Source of the DNA: Pecten maximus
Taxonomy: Eukaryota
NCBI RefSeq assembly: GCF_902652985.1
Contig: NC_047019.1
Coordinates: 21,390,001 to 21,454,000, forward strand
Direction of reading: 5' to 3'
DNA length: 64,000 nt
The number at the start of each line of letters is the position of its first letter. The first letter of the stretch is position 1. A model generated the notes under the pieces. It was not told where the DNA came from. It did no database searches and was given only the letters and a program-made list of their open reading frames with translations. The translations under genes were made by a program, and so were the position numbers. This document shows positions 13,144 to 26,245 of this stretch, one piece after another.

Positions 13144-14455
13144 TATTTACATTAAGATACGTTAAAGTTTATACGGTGATCAATACCATCTGGTTTAACA
13201 CAGGAGTAATGGGAAACTGTCACACAGAATGTAAATATATATATACAATGTATATATATGTAATTATATATAATTAAGTATAAATATAAGTAATATACCA
13301 TGTATATGTCATCATTGTCACTGATCAGTTTGAATCGGCTAATTAAATATAATAACCTACAGAAAATATGGTGTATTTTGTTTGTAGCAGTAAAGTGTTT
13401 CAATACACCAGCCACTGGTCAGTGTGTGATCTTATCAGTGTGTGTTTACAAACACAGCTGCTGATACTACTTTTATTGCTGTCTGGGAACAGGCCCCTCC
13501 CTTTAAATTATTCACTGACTATGCGGTAGGATCTACCGCTGACTCGCCTTTAAATCAAGGGTTTTCTGGGTGAGAGTTGCCATTCCTCCTTAGTTCTCAG
13601 CATTGTTTGAATTGGACAACTGTTTGTGCTGTCCTCCTGGGTGTCAACTGTTTGTGCTGTCCTCCTGGGTGTCTACGGCAGTATAGGTGAAGTAGCTCTA
13701 TAAATTTCACATCGATTCCGCGCTATCACATGGAGACAAGCACGGAATGCTACAGCCCTCAAAAATGTTAACACAATTCATTTATTCATTCATTAAAGCC
13801 TGCATTGATTCGACGGCTGTTTGCAAGTAATGGGAAAATGGCAATCAAGTTTTAAAACTTTCAGCTCGCAGATATATATATTTTGAAATACAAAAACCTT
13901 ATTTTTAAGTATATGTTAAGTTGGAGTAACTTTTCTAAGAGGACAGAATGTTCTGAAAATGACAATGCACTTAAAAAAACCAATTTGGCACAATAGAAAA
14001 TTGGATAATTTTTTAGGGATTGGTATAGAAAATGAGAAATATTAATTAAAGATTTAGTCAAAGAAAATAACAATGGAAGTTTATACAGGTATCGACTAAC
14101 GTTATTATCAGATGGTTATAAACGCTGTAAAAAGAAGAAATCTTAAATTATTAAACGACCATACATATACCTGCCATTTGTAAAAAAAAAAAAAAAAACC
14201 AGAAAAGGGGAGCAAAATATTTTTATAACTGTTAATGTAAAATAAAACATCTACTGGGAAAAGGAAATGTGAATTAACTACTAACATAATTGACAATCCG
14301 ATTGGCTTATTACGATACGTATATTTACAACCATAAGAAATACCTCACCGTAAAACGTCCAATAATAGCTCCAATATGAACTTAGACGACAATATCATTG
14401 GCTATCATTGTATGCAAATGACCTTTATAGTGGTATGAACTCTGACTTTGAGTAA

Positions 14456-14465
14456 GGGAAATCCC
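14456..14465. promoter_or_regulatory. Consensus NF-kB (Rel) site GGGAAATCCC upstream of IAP gene 2
   Basis: Matches GGGRNWYYCC and lies near an inverted CCAAT (ATTGGC, ~14397). Function is not demonstrated. Confidence 0.3.
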
Positions 14466-14788
14466 CACGATCTAGCAGAGGGTTACTTGATTACGCACAT
14501 CAATCGATATTTATATGCGAGTGTGTACAACGTGGATACGTATCGCGTAATGACGGTAGGTAGACATGCGACTGAGTTGATTTATACATTGTAGACGGAA
14601 CACGAATGTATGTAAGAGGTGCACAATATTCATACTTATTTGACACAATCAGGTACGTACCAACGTGAAAAGCTAGCTGCCCTTACAATTGCTGATTTTT
14701 GCTTTTTAATAACTTATATAAGGGATGTATGTCAATCCAGTGTATTTTGAGTATGACACCTTCGAATGATAGTAACTACATATATGTA

Positions 14789-15620
14789 TAGCCCGAGTTT
14801 TCTCTGGCCCTGTCACCATGTCTGGTGTAGGGCCAGAGCGCACTACTATATGAAAACGTGGAATTATCCGACACCGTTTGGTGTCGCTAAGAATTTGATG
14901 CAAAAACAATAAAATCGGGTGTGACATAACACCTACCTTACATATATGGATAAATGAGATATTTATGTACCCCAAAACACCCATTTAGTCTCATCTAGGT
15001 GTTTTATTTCGTCCGTACAGGCCCTCGCTTTACGCTAGTCAAAATTTCATACTGTTGACCCGCCATTTTGTAAGTGACAGTACGACTAACCACCCAAATC
15101 GGAACGCAATGGACCGAAAAGACCACATATCATTTATTGTGTTTTTCTTCTTACAAAGTTTAAATTATGAAAACTAAGTTGATTATTTCCCAAAAGATGT
15201 TATATTCCATTAAAAAAATCATTATTTATAAATTATAAGCGGTAAAATATATAAAAGTAAATGTTGTATTTTTTTTTCTTTTCGCTCCATCGCGCACAGA
15301 TTAGGGTAATTAGGCGGACCGCGACCTACATAGTTAGCAATATGGCGTCGAGTCAAGTATGAAATTTTGACTAGCGTAAAGCGAGGGTCTATACGGACGG
15401 AATAAAACACCTATATGAGACTAAATGGGTGTTTTGGGGTACATAAATATCTCATTTATCCATATATGTAAGGTAGGTGTTATGTCACACCCGATTTTAT
15501 TGTTTTTGCATCAAATTCTTAGCGACACCAAACGGTGTCGGATAATTCCACGTTTTCATATAGTAGTGCGCTCTGGCCCTACACCAGACATGGTGACAGG
15601 GCCAGAGAAAACTCGGGCTA
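14789..15620. mobile_element. 832-bp non-autonomous foldback DNA transposon with long TIRs and a 9-bp TSD (AcademH-like or MULE-like)
   Basis: Termini TAGCCCGAG...CTCGGGCTA. The outer ~200 bp of the TIRs are essentially identical and similarity extends to ~280 bp or more. Perfect TSD ATATATGTA at 14780-14788 and 15621-15629. Confidence 0.92.
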
Positions 15621-16514
15621 ATATATGTACAGTTTTGTTCTCTTTAGTTTCGTGTGATGTCGCTTATACTATTTTAGTACTACCTACTCGGAAAGGATAT
15701 GCGCTATTTACAATTGATGATGAATGTAAGAAATGCTTGTTTTTTTAATAACTTTTACAAATGATGTATGAATCCAATGTATTTCGAGTTTGACAGCTTC
15801 GAGTAACATAACTTTTGAGTATGACAGCTTCGAGTAACATATATACAATATATAATTTCTTGGTTTTCAGGTCACCACAAAGGGTCCATCTGGGGCTCGA
15901 ATTCGTTTTGAAAACAAATAAGCACAGTAACCATCGTTTAAAATGAAAGAAAAGACAAACATCTAGAAAAGACAAGTGGTCAGAGAATAAAGAAAAGGTA
16001 AGATGTATGCTTTAATATATCTTCTAAACAATTACAAAAACAAAAATTACTAATCAATTTCATATAAATCAGGCTTTAGGGGAGCTTTGACTTGTTTTTT
16101 CCTGTTTTACCATTCAACTTGAACTTGGATCTTCACTGTATCAGTTTTACTGTTGTATTTTTGATTGTGCATAACAGAGCCCTTGTGCATAGCGATGGAC
16201 GTATAATAATATATATAATATATTTGAGATTTATTTATGGGTTTTACGTCCGCTATTATCATACGGCCTTACGGTCTTTCAGCTGACGATTGATGAGATA
16301 TGCCTTACATGTATTTATAGTAACACCATTGACGAAAGGAGAAAGGAGACAACAGGATAACTCATGCCCTGACCGAGTGGCGCAGCTAGGCGAGTTCGTA
16401 TGTATTGTATATTTACATCAGCATATACTATGATAACTTTAATTGTTTTACATAAAAAAAATCCTTATATTTTGATCTCTTAGCACAATAATGCAAGGAA
16501 CCTGCTACTTAACA

Positions 16515-16680
16515 GAGATAGGGAAAATGCCAATGTTTTACCCCATAACCCTATTACCAGCACTGATTGGCTGTTGACTTGCTGCTTGACTGGTGCGCAA
16601 TCAAAACATTATATCTTTTATTTGGATAAGTGCCAGATTCGTCGATTCGCCGGTTTGTAGATTTCCATCTCACGGTAAGT
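16515..16680 (+). promoter_or_regulatory. Putative promoter and non-coding first exon of IAP gene 2
   Basis: kB-like GGGAAAATGCC (16521-16531), inverted CCAAT box CTGATTGGCTG (16563-16573), donor CACG|GTAAGT after 16674. Arrangement is paralogous to 38330-38510. Confidence 0.45.
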
Positions 16681-18783
16681 GAGTTTTGAGATAAGATGTC
16701 TTCTTGCAAACTTTATTTTACAACAAATGCAAAACACCCGACCACCCACTCTTCTTGATCAACAGGCTAGACTATCTTACAGGAGTGTTTTTTCTTTCCC
16801 ATTGCGCCGCTAAAATGATGTGAAAATATAATACGATAAATAATGGAGGTAGGCTGTAAACCTCTATATCCATATCAATCGATAAACCGATGAGTCGTTT
16901 GACTCAAAGTAATAAACAACTGGAACTTGAACTGTATCAATTGATGTTACAATAATTACAATCAGACTGTTTCTTCACACAAGTTTTACATAACTACAAA
17001 CCGGTATATGCATCATTAATTAGCTGATTTTATCAAAATAACACTAACAATTAATCCTTTGCAACACGACATGAAACACGACATATTGTTATTTGGGAAT
17101 GCAAATGTAGCAAACACGACATATTGTTATTTGGGAATGCAAATGTAGCAGTTGACAAAGGAAATTAAACCATATCGTCTGTCTTTAATAGACGAAATGT
17201 AGGGCGTTTAACCTGTTGTTGACATTTCATCGCTCTTACAGTTTATAACTACCGCCGCGCATGTGTGGAAAGCAGTGAGGCCAATTAAGGGTAATCAACT
17301 ATGTCCCTGGTTTTTCATTTCTTCAATGTAATAAAGCATAAAACATATTCACAGAAAATTGAAGGTTGAAAGTGAAATGAAAAATGTTAATAATTGTTTA
17401 GTAGTTGATCTTTCCCCATGTTCATTTATTCTTTCTATGTTTTCATTTTTAATCAACATTTAAAAAAAAAAAAAAAAAAATATGGTACGTAACATCCACT
17501 AATAAAAAAATAAATACAGGTTATTATTGATGAGTGGAAATACTTTATAATAATGATTATTTCAGAGTGAAAATTAGTCGTAAATATTTCAATAAGAAGA
17601 TTCAGTTGTGTTCACTTATAGTATATTCATTAGGTATGTATGTATTCATGACAAGGACAAATTTTTAATACATTAATCTTGTATTTATTTTTTACTGGCA
17701 CATCTTTCTTATGTTATATGTCTGACTAAATTAACGCCCCTGTCAATTCTTCAGCGGACCAAGAAAAACAATAAGCAGTTTTTAGCTTTTTAAAGATTTC
17801 TTTTCACCATTTCATTTTTCATCAACACATCAAAATACCATTTGTTATTTATATTCACATACCTCACATCATTTTGTGATTACTTCAGTATTTATTAAAC
17901 AAAATTACGATATACATTTTCCTCCCTGTTACATAATTCCTTTAACTTTCTATTTCTATTTTATTTTTGTTTAATTTTTCGGAGCTTTGCTCCTGTCGTG
18001 AAATACGTTCGATTATCTATGAAATATAATCCAAATGATATCGCTTTTATCTTATCCTGGTCACCATATCAAACACCAAATTCAATTTGAAATATAATTT
18101 TAAACGTGAAAAATAAGTAATCCTTTGGAAATGCGTGGATTTAAATATATTATATTTATAAAATGTAATGATATTGAATAAAATATATTCTTACTTTATA
18201 TTACAATACCAATATCCATTTACGTTAGAACAGTAGCTAGTATGAACATAGGCTCGTGGTGTGACGTTAGCAGATATCACATATGGAACATGTGCTTTGG
18301 TAAAGTGTTCTTTTGAAGCCTGATGCTTCATATATTCATGATAAAATGACATTCTATTGTCAGAAGTACGATCAATAATCGCCAAACATTTTTAAAACAT
18401 ACGATAATTTTATAGATGCGATCTGCAGACAGGCCGAGATATTTAACTTATTTTCAGCTTTTTATACCTAAATCTATAACGTCTCAGTCATACAAATATT
18501 TATAATGAGCAATGCCCATGCCTTGATAGGATACCAGTATTATGATTTGAAAAAAATATATGCTAAAATCTCTTCATGACTTTATGTACGATAACCATGG
18601 GTTATGCTCGAATATGAATGAAAACAAACATGCTCATGCTCAACACGCAAATATTCATGCAAATTTGAATTATTTGATATTTTAAGTATACCCCCAAAAC
18701 ATGATCTTAGTTTACGAGTACATTGCATAGTTTACATTTACGCTCAAGAAAAAAAAATAGTTTTTATCTGTACGTTTGCAGTG

Positions 18784-19919
18784 ATGAAGAAATCTACCAA
18801 TGACTTGCAGGCCCGGTGCGGGCAGGAAAGAGCAGACTCAAATGGCACGGATTCCACAACACCCCCTGTTGAAGCAGATATGCAGCATGACATTCACAGC
18901 ACTAGGTGTTCTTTTATGAGGAAACAAACCGGCCAAGTCTATCTTGACAGCATTCAGGTCGGATTGCCCACGGTATGTGTATTATTTAATACAGTCAGGG
19001 CAAATTTTCTTATAAGCACCGTTGTAATATACAGATGGTTTTACCGATAATTCGTATCAAAAAATTACATCAGTTTGCGAAAACGTGTAATTTACATGCT
19101 TCAAACGTGTTGAGGCTGCGATTATAATATGTTTCATAACTACTCATAGCCTGACGCTCAGATGGATCCCCTGGATGATCAGGTGTCAGAACAGCCTGAC
19201 GCTCAGATGGGTCCCATGGATGATCAGGTGTCGGAACAGCCTCAGAGTACCCAGGAAGAATTAGGTAATATTCTGCTGTTTATTTAGTGTATAATAATCA
19301 CCGATATATTATATCTAATTGAAAGAAGACGGACATTGATATTTTTTTTTACTTTTCTAATTTGACAGCTGATCTCCCGATATTCGCCGTGTTAGTATAC
19401 TTAACTTATTTGAATATTTATACCGGATGTTATTAGGTTTGATTAATTAGGTCGTTACAATTAATATGTGCAAGAGGACAGGTTTGTAATATATCCATAT
19501 AACAACATATTATTATTGTTATTCAAACCATCATAGCATAATCATTAATTGATTGATTGAAGGAATTTCACCGCCCGTCGACAAATATGGTCATCTTGGT
19601 CAGATATAATGAGTACAGGCGTGATTACAGACATATAAGAATGTTATAAACATTACATTTTACTTGTGAACATAGTTTTATAATACTTCATTACTGACAC
19701 AGTCTGTAAAATTATTTGTCAGATATGAAGCTGTTGTTGGAGGAAAACAAAAGACTGAAGAAACAAAGACACTGCTGTGTGTGTGAGAAGGAAGAACGTA
19801 AGATAATGTACCTACCCTGCACACATTTGGCCTGCTGCGAAATCTGTGATCGGGCTCAGCTTATATGTCCCATCTGTAAAGAAAAAATCAAAGGAAGTAG
19901 AACAATATTTTGGTCATAG
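18784..19919 (+). CDS. IAP-like gene 2: BIR-deleted, RING-only derivative (~165 aa)
   Basis: Coding exons 18784-18972, 19150-19264 and 19723-19919 with phases 0 and 1 consistent. The first exon fuses paralog exon A (MKKSTND...PPVEAD) to the end of exon B (MQHDIHSTRCSF...GQVYLDSIQ). RING CCVC..C.H..CC..C...CPIC..IFWS* is intact. Confidence 0.8.
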
Positions 19920-21541
19920 AGTATGAGGACTAATTGATTACCCGTTTAATATTGTAAATTTGACGAGTACAGGAGAATGTCGATATGTATTACAGGAACT
20001 CACACGTGACCCAATTAGAACATTCCGGTGAATCATCATACGAGTCCGTTGTATTCAAAACATTTATAACACTGCTATGTGTTACAGCATATATGAAATG
20101 AAGTTATAGAACTTCAACTACCAAGCAAAGACTGTGATTGACATTGATCAACATTCCAATTGTTTACTCTATTGTAAGTTTTTATTTAAAAAAAAATAAT
20201 TGAATATTTTGTCTGTTACGGATTTTAAAAGAAGTTATTAATTGTTATCCTTGAAAAGTATGTCACGACGAAGATGGGATCATTTGATAGTAGCCTCTTA
20301 GTTCTATGTGATCATCGTTTAAGAACATTTAACCATTTTATGGTAAGGTTATCCGTCGATTTTTCTATTGCATCCCGTTTTCATCCTTGAAGGCGGGACA
20401 CGAAATCAAAAAGCGAAATCGTTTAACCGATTAACCTATTAAAAGGACGGAGAGTACCCCTGTGTTTGGTTGTTAAGCGGTGGAGATCATGGGTAATATT
20501 ATACTTTATTACATGTTAGCTTTGCAAGATAAATATAAATATTACTATACACTGCCATCCATAAAAACTAAACACACTGTTTCGACTCGCTGAAGTTTTA
20601 AAAGTGCATCACAAATTTTAACTGCACTTTCTAGACGACTATTGATTTATCCGCGATAAAAAAAATCTCCCCTTTTATGAAAGAAAAATCGGCCTTAATG
20701 AAGTTTCAGGGAGGGTCAAGATAGAAACTTCTGTCCAAAAACGCATAAAACTTCACAATGAATTATCAAAAATAAAAACCTAACAAAATCTTTAAAAAGA
20801 CGTGATCTTCAAAAATGTTTTATTTTGTGGGTTTGTGGATCATCAATAACCGTAGTGCCTATTGATAAACTATTTAAACATTATGATCAGAAGATATCAA
20901 GAATAAATACAATGAATTACATTATAATCATATCTAATGAATTTCGAAATATGTGTATAGGAACCTATGGACCGCAGTGTAAATCTAACCATGTTAGGTT
21001 TTTGTCACCTATCATACTAACACGTAAAACGCTGGTAAAGAAAGATGGACCAAGTAATTAAAACATGTTTCAGATTGTTAACCTATCGCGTTTATTAAAC
21101 CATGGTGTACATATTTAAATAATTTAATTTACTTGTTGGGAAAATGTTTTGTTTATATGGATGTTTAATAATCGAATTTTATGCATTTTCTTTTTTGATA
21201 CAAATATATATATATTTATATCCGTTGTACTAATGTTTATCACAAATCTGGTCTGTTCTGTCTTATGATACACCATTGCCATCCACTATGGATGACACAA
21301 ATATAAATACACCATTAAGAAGTAAGAACTTCGATTGTGAAAACTTTAAACGTATCAGATGGACATCGCCTGTACTTAGTTGTGGTGAGTTAGAATTGCA
21401 TGTGATGAAGTGAATCTCAAGCTCGTGCCAATGTTATGCTTAACTTAATTACTTCAAAAACATTTGATAATTAGCAGCATAATGCTATTAAACTCATTAA
21501 ATTCCATATTGCTCTGTCTCTGCTTAATGATACTCTGTGTC

Positions 21542-24500
21542 ACTTACAACATTATACTGACACCATGTCGGAGTAGTACTTACAACATTATACTAACACC
21601 ATGTCGGAGTAGTACTTACAACATTATACTAACACCATGTCGGAGTAGTACTTACAACATTATACTAACACCATGTCGGAGTAGTACTTACAACATTATA
21701 CTAACACCATGTCAGAGTAGTACTTACAACATTATACTAACACCATGTAGGGATAGTACTTACAACATTATACTTACACCATGTCAGAGTAGTACTTACA
21801 ACATTATACTAACACCATGTCGGAGTAGTACTTACAACATTATACTAACATCATGTCGGAGTAGTACTTACAACATTATACTAACATCATGTCGGGATAG
21901 TACTTACAACATTATACTAACACCATGTCGGAGTAGTACTTACAACATTATACTAACACCATGTCGGAGTAGTACTTACAACATTATACTAACACCATGT
22001 CGGAGTAGTACTTACAACATTATACTAACACCATGTCGGAGTAGTACTTACAACATTATACTGACGACACCATGTCGGAGTAGTACTTACAACATTATAC
22101 TAACACCATGTCGGAGTAGTACTTACAACATTATACTAACACCATGTCGGAGTAGTACTTACAACATTATACTAACACCATGTCGGAGTAGTACTTACAA
22201 CATTATACTTACACCATGTCGGAGTAGTACTTACAACATTATACTAACACCATGTCGGAGTAGTACTTACAACATTATACTAACACCATGTCGGAGTAGG
22301 TACTTACAACATTATACTAACACCATGTCGGAGTAGTACTTACAACATTATACTAACACCATGTCGGAGTAGTACTTACAAGCATTATACTAACACCATG
22401 TCGGAGTAGTACTTACAACATTATACTAACACCATGTCGGAGTAGTACTTACAACATTATACTAACACCATGTCGGAGTAGTACTTACAACATTATACTA
22501 ACACCATGTCGGAGTAGTACTTACAACATTATACTAACACCATGTCGGAGTAGTACTTACAACATTATACTAACACCATGTCGGAGTAGTGCTTACAACA
22601 TTATACTAACACCATGTCGGAGTATTACTTACAACATTATACTAACACCATGTCGGAGTAGTACTTACAACATTATACTAACACCATGTCGGAGTAGTAC
22701 TTACATTATACTAACACCATGTCGGAGTAGTACTTACAACATTATACTAACACCATGTCGGAGTAGTACTTACAACATTATACTAACACCCGTTGGAGTA
22801 ATTACTTACAACATTATACTAACACCATGTCGGAGTAGTACTTACAACATTATACTAACACCATGTCAGTATAGGACTTACAACATTATACTAACACCAT
22901 ATCGGAGTAGTACTTACAACATTATACTAACACCATGTCGGAGTAGTACTTCCAACATTATACTAACACCATGTCGGAGTAGTACTTACAACATTATACT
23001 AACACCATGTTGGGACAGTACTTACAACTGTAACTATGGACGAGCTTGAAAGTGCGAGCATAGTGAAGAATGACGCAAAGCTGATATACAATATATACAA
23101 TATTTATTTTTTACAAAATATACATGTCTTTTTGTTATTTTATCAAAATAAAACAAAATACACAATGTCACGCTAATTATTATATACAGCGTACTAGTAT
23201 ACTATACGATAAATCTAACTACAATCGCAAGACACAAGACCCTAATAAAGTTTCTGATCACAACCGCAAATAGTCACAAGTATGTATGTACATCGAACAC
23301 TCGGTGAAGTTATGGGATCCGTGGTCTGTAGTCCGCGGTCGGTCACGCCGTCGCCGTCTGTTCCACCATGTCGATGTCTGCCAATGACACAATCTGTCCA
23401 CAATCCGAAGTAAAGTACAGGCAGCAGATAGCTCACACAGAAACCATCATCCAACTGCGTGCAACAAATAAGGCGTACAAAACCATAAGGTATGTTCACA
23501 AAGAACAGTTACAAATGTAAATAAGACTCACACAGAACCCAGCATAATGTTGTCCACACAGGACGTAAGCTTGTGCTCACAAAGAGCAGTTACAATACAA
23601 ATTTGTTCACTCAGAACCCAGGACGCTGCCCACACAGGAACGTCAAGGAAGCTTCAAAGCCTTTACAACGATTGTTTGGCAGTGTCATCAGATAGCTCGC
23701 TCCACCGTCTGAATTTTGAGCACAATCTGTCGTTTCTGCTCTGAAGTTTATCGAACATGGTCATCTACATGTCTCTGATTGTAATCATAGTGGTTATACT
23801 AATGTCTAAAATCGAACCCGGACAACCGAATTCCGTATTTAAAATACTCAGATGATGAAAATATAAAAATATAGAAAAATACATACGTGACCGTAACAAC
23901 AACATTATACTAACACTATGTTGGGACAGTACTTACAACATTATACTAACACCATATCAGAGTAGTACTTACAACATTATACTGACACCATGTTGGGATA
24001 GTACTTACAACATTATACTAACACCATGTCGGAGTAGTACTTACAACATTATACTAACACCATGTCGGAGTAGTACTTACAACATTATACTGACACCATG
24101 TTGGGATAGTACTTACAACATTATACTAACACCATGTTGGGATAGTACTTACAACATTATACTAACACCATGTCGGAGTAGTACTTACAACATTATACTA
24201 ACACCATGTCGGAGTAGTACTTACAACATTATACTAACACCATGTCGGAGTAGTACTTACAATATTATACTTACACCATGTTGGAGTAGTACTTACAACA
24301 TTATACTAACACCATGTCGGAGTAGTACTTACAACATTATACTAACACCATGTCAGAGTAGTACTTACAACATTATACTAACACCATGTCGGAGTAGTAC
24401 TTACAACATTATACTAACACCATGTCGGAGTAGTACTTACAACATTATACTAACACCATATCAGAGTAGTACTTACAACATTATACTGACACCATGTCGG

Positions 24501-25297
24501 AGTAGTACTTACAACATTATACTAACACTATGTCGGAGTAGTACTTACAACATTATACTTACACCATGTCGGAGTAGCACTTACAACATTATACTAACAC
24601 CATGTCAGAGTAGTACTTACAACATTATACTTACACCATGTCGGAGTAGTACTTACAACATTATACTGACACCATGTCGGAGTAGTACTTACAACATTAT
24701 ACTAACACTATGTCGGAGTAGTACTTACAACATTATACTTACACCATGTCGGAGTAGCACTTACAACATTATACTAACACCATGTCAGAGTAGTACTTAC
24801 AACATTATACTTACACCATGTCGGAGTAGTACTTACAACATTATACTTACACCATGTCGGAGTAGTACTTACAACATTATACTAACACCATGTCGGAGTA
24901 GTACTTACAACATTATACTAACACCATGTTGGGATAGTACTTACAACATTATACTAACACCATGTCGGAGTAGTACTTACAACATTATACTAACACCATG
25001 TCGGAGTAGTACTTACAACATTATACTAACACCATGTCGGAGTAGTACTTACAACATTATACTAACACCATGTCGGAGTGGTACTTACAACATTATACTA
25101 ACACCATGTCGGAGTAGTACTTACAACATTATACTAACACCATGTCGGAGTAGTACTTACAACATTATACTGACACCATGTCGGAGTAGTACTTACAACA
25201 TTATACTAACCCCATGTTGGAGTAGTACTTACAATATTATACTAACCCCATGTTGAAGTAGGACTTACAACATTATACTAACACCATGTCGGAGTAG
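21542..25297. repeat. 36-bp satellite array (~80 copies) interrupted by a solo LTR
   Basis: Unit ACTTACAACATTATACTAACACCATGTCGGAGTAGT spans 21542-23028 and 23899-25297. Confidence 0.97.
23029..23898 (-). mobile_element. 870-bp solo LTR of an LTR retrotransposon
   Basis: TG...CA termini (TGTAAC...GTAACA), perfect 5-bp TSD ACAAC (23024-23028 and 23899-23903), AATAAA on the minus strand near 23105, no internal coding region. Confidence 0.85.
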
Positions 25298-26059
25298 CTT
25301 ATTATAGTTTATCATATCCTGTTCCTGTTTTGTCAGTGTTTATGAGTATGTAGACTTTTCAGGTGTTGATATCTTGTTGTAACCTATCATCATGTTAAAT
25401 GCGTGTTGTGTGCCTTATGAAGTGACAAACGGAAGTTTAGTTTAACAAAGTGTTAATGATTGCTAACATTTATTTTGTATACTGTCGTTTATTTGATGTT
25501 TCGTTAAATATTTAGAATTTCTATATTTATTGATTCTATTCCTGTTTAATGGAGACGGGATTTCAATTTGTAATAAAAAAAATCCAAGCTACTTTTGTTC
25601 AAAATTTTGATATTAAATGTTTCGTTTCTTAACTCACTTGGTCTAAAGGAATTCGACCAAATTTTGTTTGAAGCCTATTTGGGAAGTATTTTTTAACCGT
25701 TGGTCTCATCCACCTACGCCAGAGGGCCCGGAACTTAATGTAAAATAACATTGTAAATCCTTCTAGTAGTTATTGGGTTGTTAGGAATTGTTTCAATTTG
25801 GTCTGCGGAGTCTTAAATAACTGCAAAAAGTTATTTAATTGAAATCTACCTTCTTAAAAAGAACGTTTCAAAGACGCAGTGATGGTCGGCCCGATACCCT
25901 GACATGGTCATCATGATAAGCTATCTTTTAGATAACATACATGAATGTGAATTGTACAAATAATATAATTATTCATCACAACTACGAGAGGAAATTATAA
26001 TCTTTACTTTCGGATGAACAACACACAGTGCACAGTGCATTGTGCTGATAAATAGACAT

Positions 26060-26245
26060 ATAGTAACATGAATGACACGAAGAAAGGTAATTTGATGACT
26101 CGTGTCCTGACCGGGCCTCGAACTTACGATCCGTAACACCTCATCGCCTAGTCAGAAATACCCGCAGCTAATCCCGCTGCGCCACAACAACGTTCATAAA
26201 AAGAACGTTTCAATGGCGCAGTGATGATCTGTGATCTGCCCGATG
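26060..26245 (-). mobile_element. tRNA-derived SINE-like relic
   Basis: Minus strand reads TGGCGCAGCGG (A box) ... GTTCGAGGCCCGGTCAGGAC (B box). No complete cloverleaf. Confidence 0.5.

Noticed and set aside
9404-13592. AGGAGGA...TCCTCCT as Kolobok TIRs
   Set aside because: The match is only ~7 bp, there is no TTAA TSD, and the left motif is part of the flanking Helentron-type repeat unit.
14706-15748. Two near-identical ORFs MGVLGYINISF... on opposite strands
   Set aside because: They are translations of the two TIRs of the foldback element.
21464-22336. 290-aa ORF (TYNIILTPCRSS)n
   Set aside because: By-product of a stop-free frame in a 36-bp satellite; the frame is broken by single-base indels further along.
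21542-25297. 36-bp repeats as a CRISPR array
   Set aside because: Units are head-to-tail with no unique spacers, there are no cas genes, and the context is eukaryotic.
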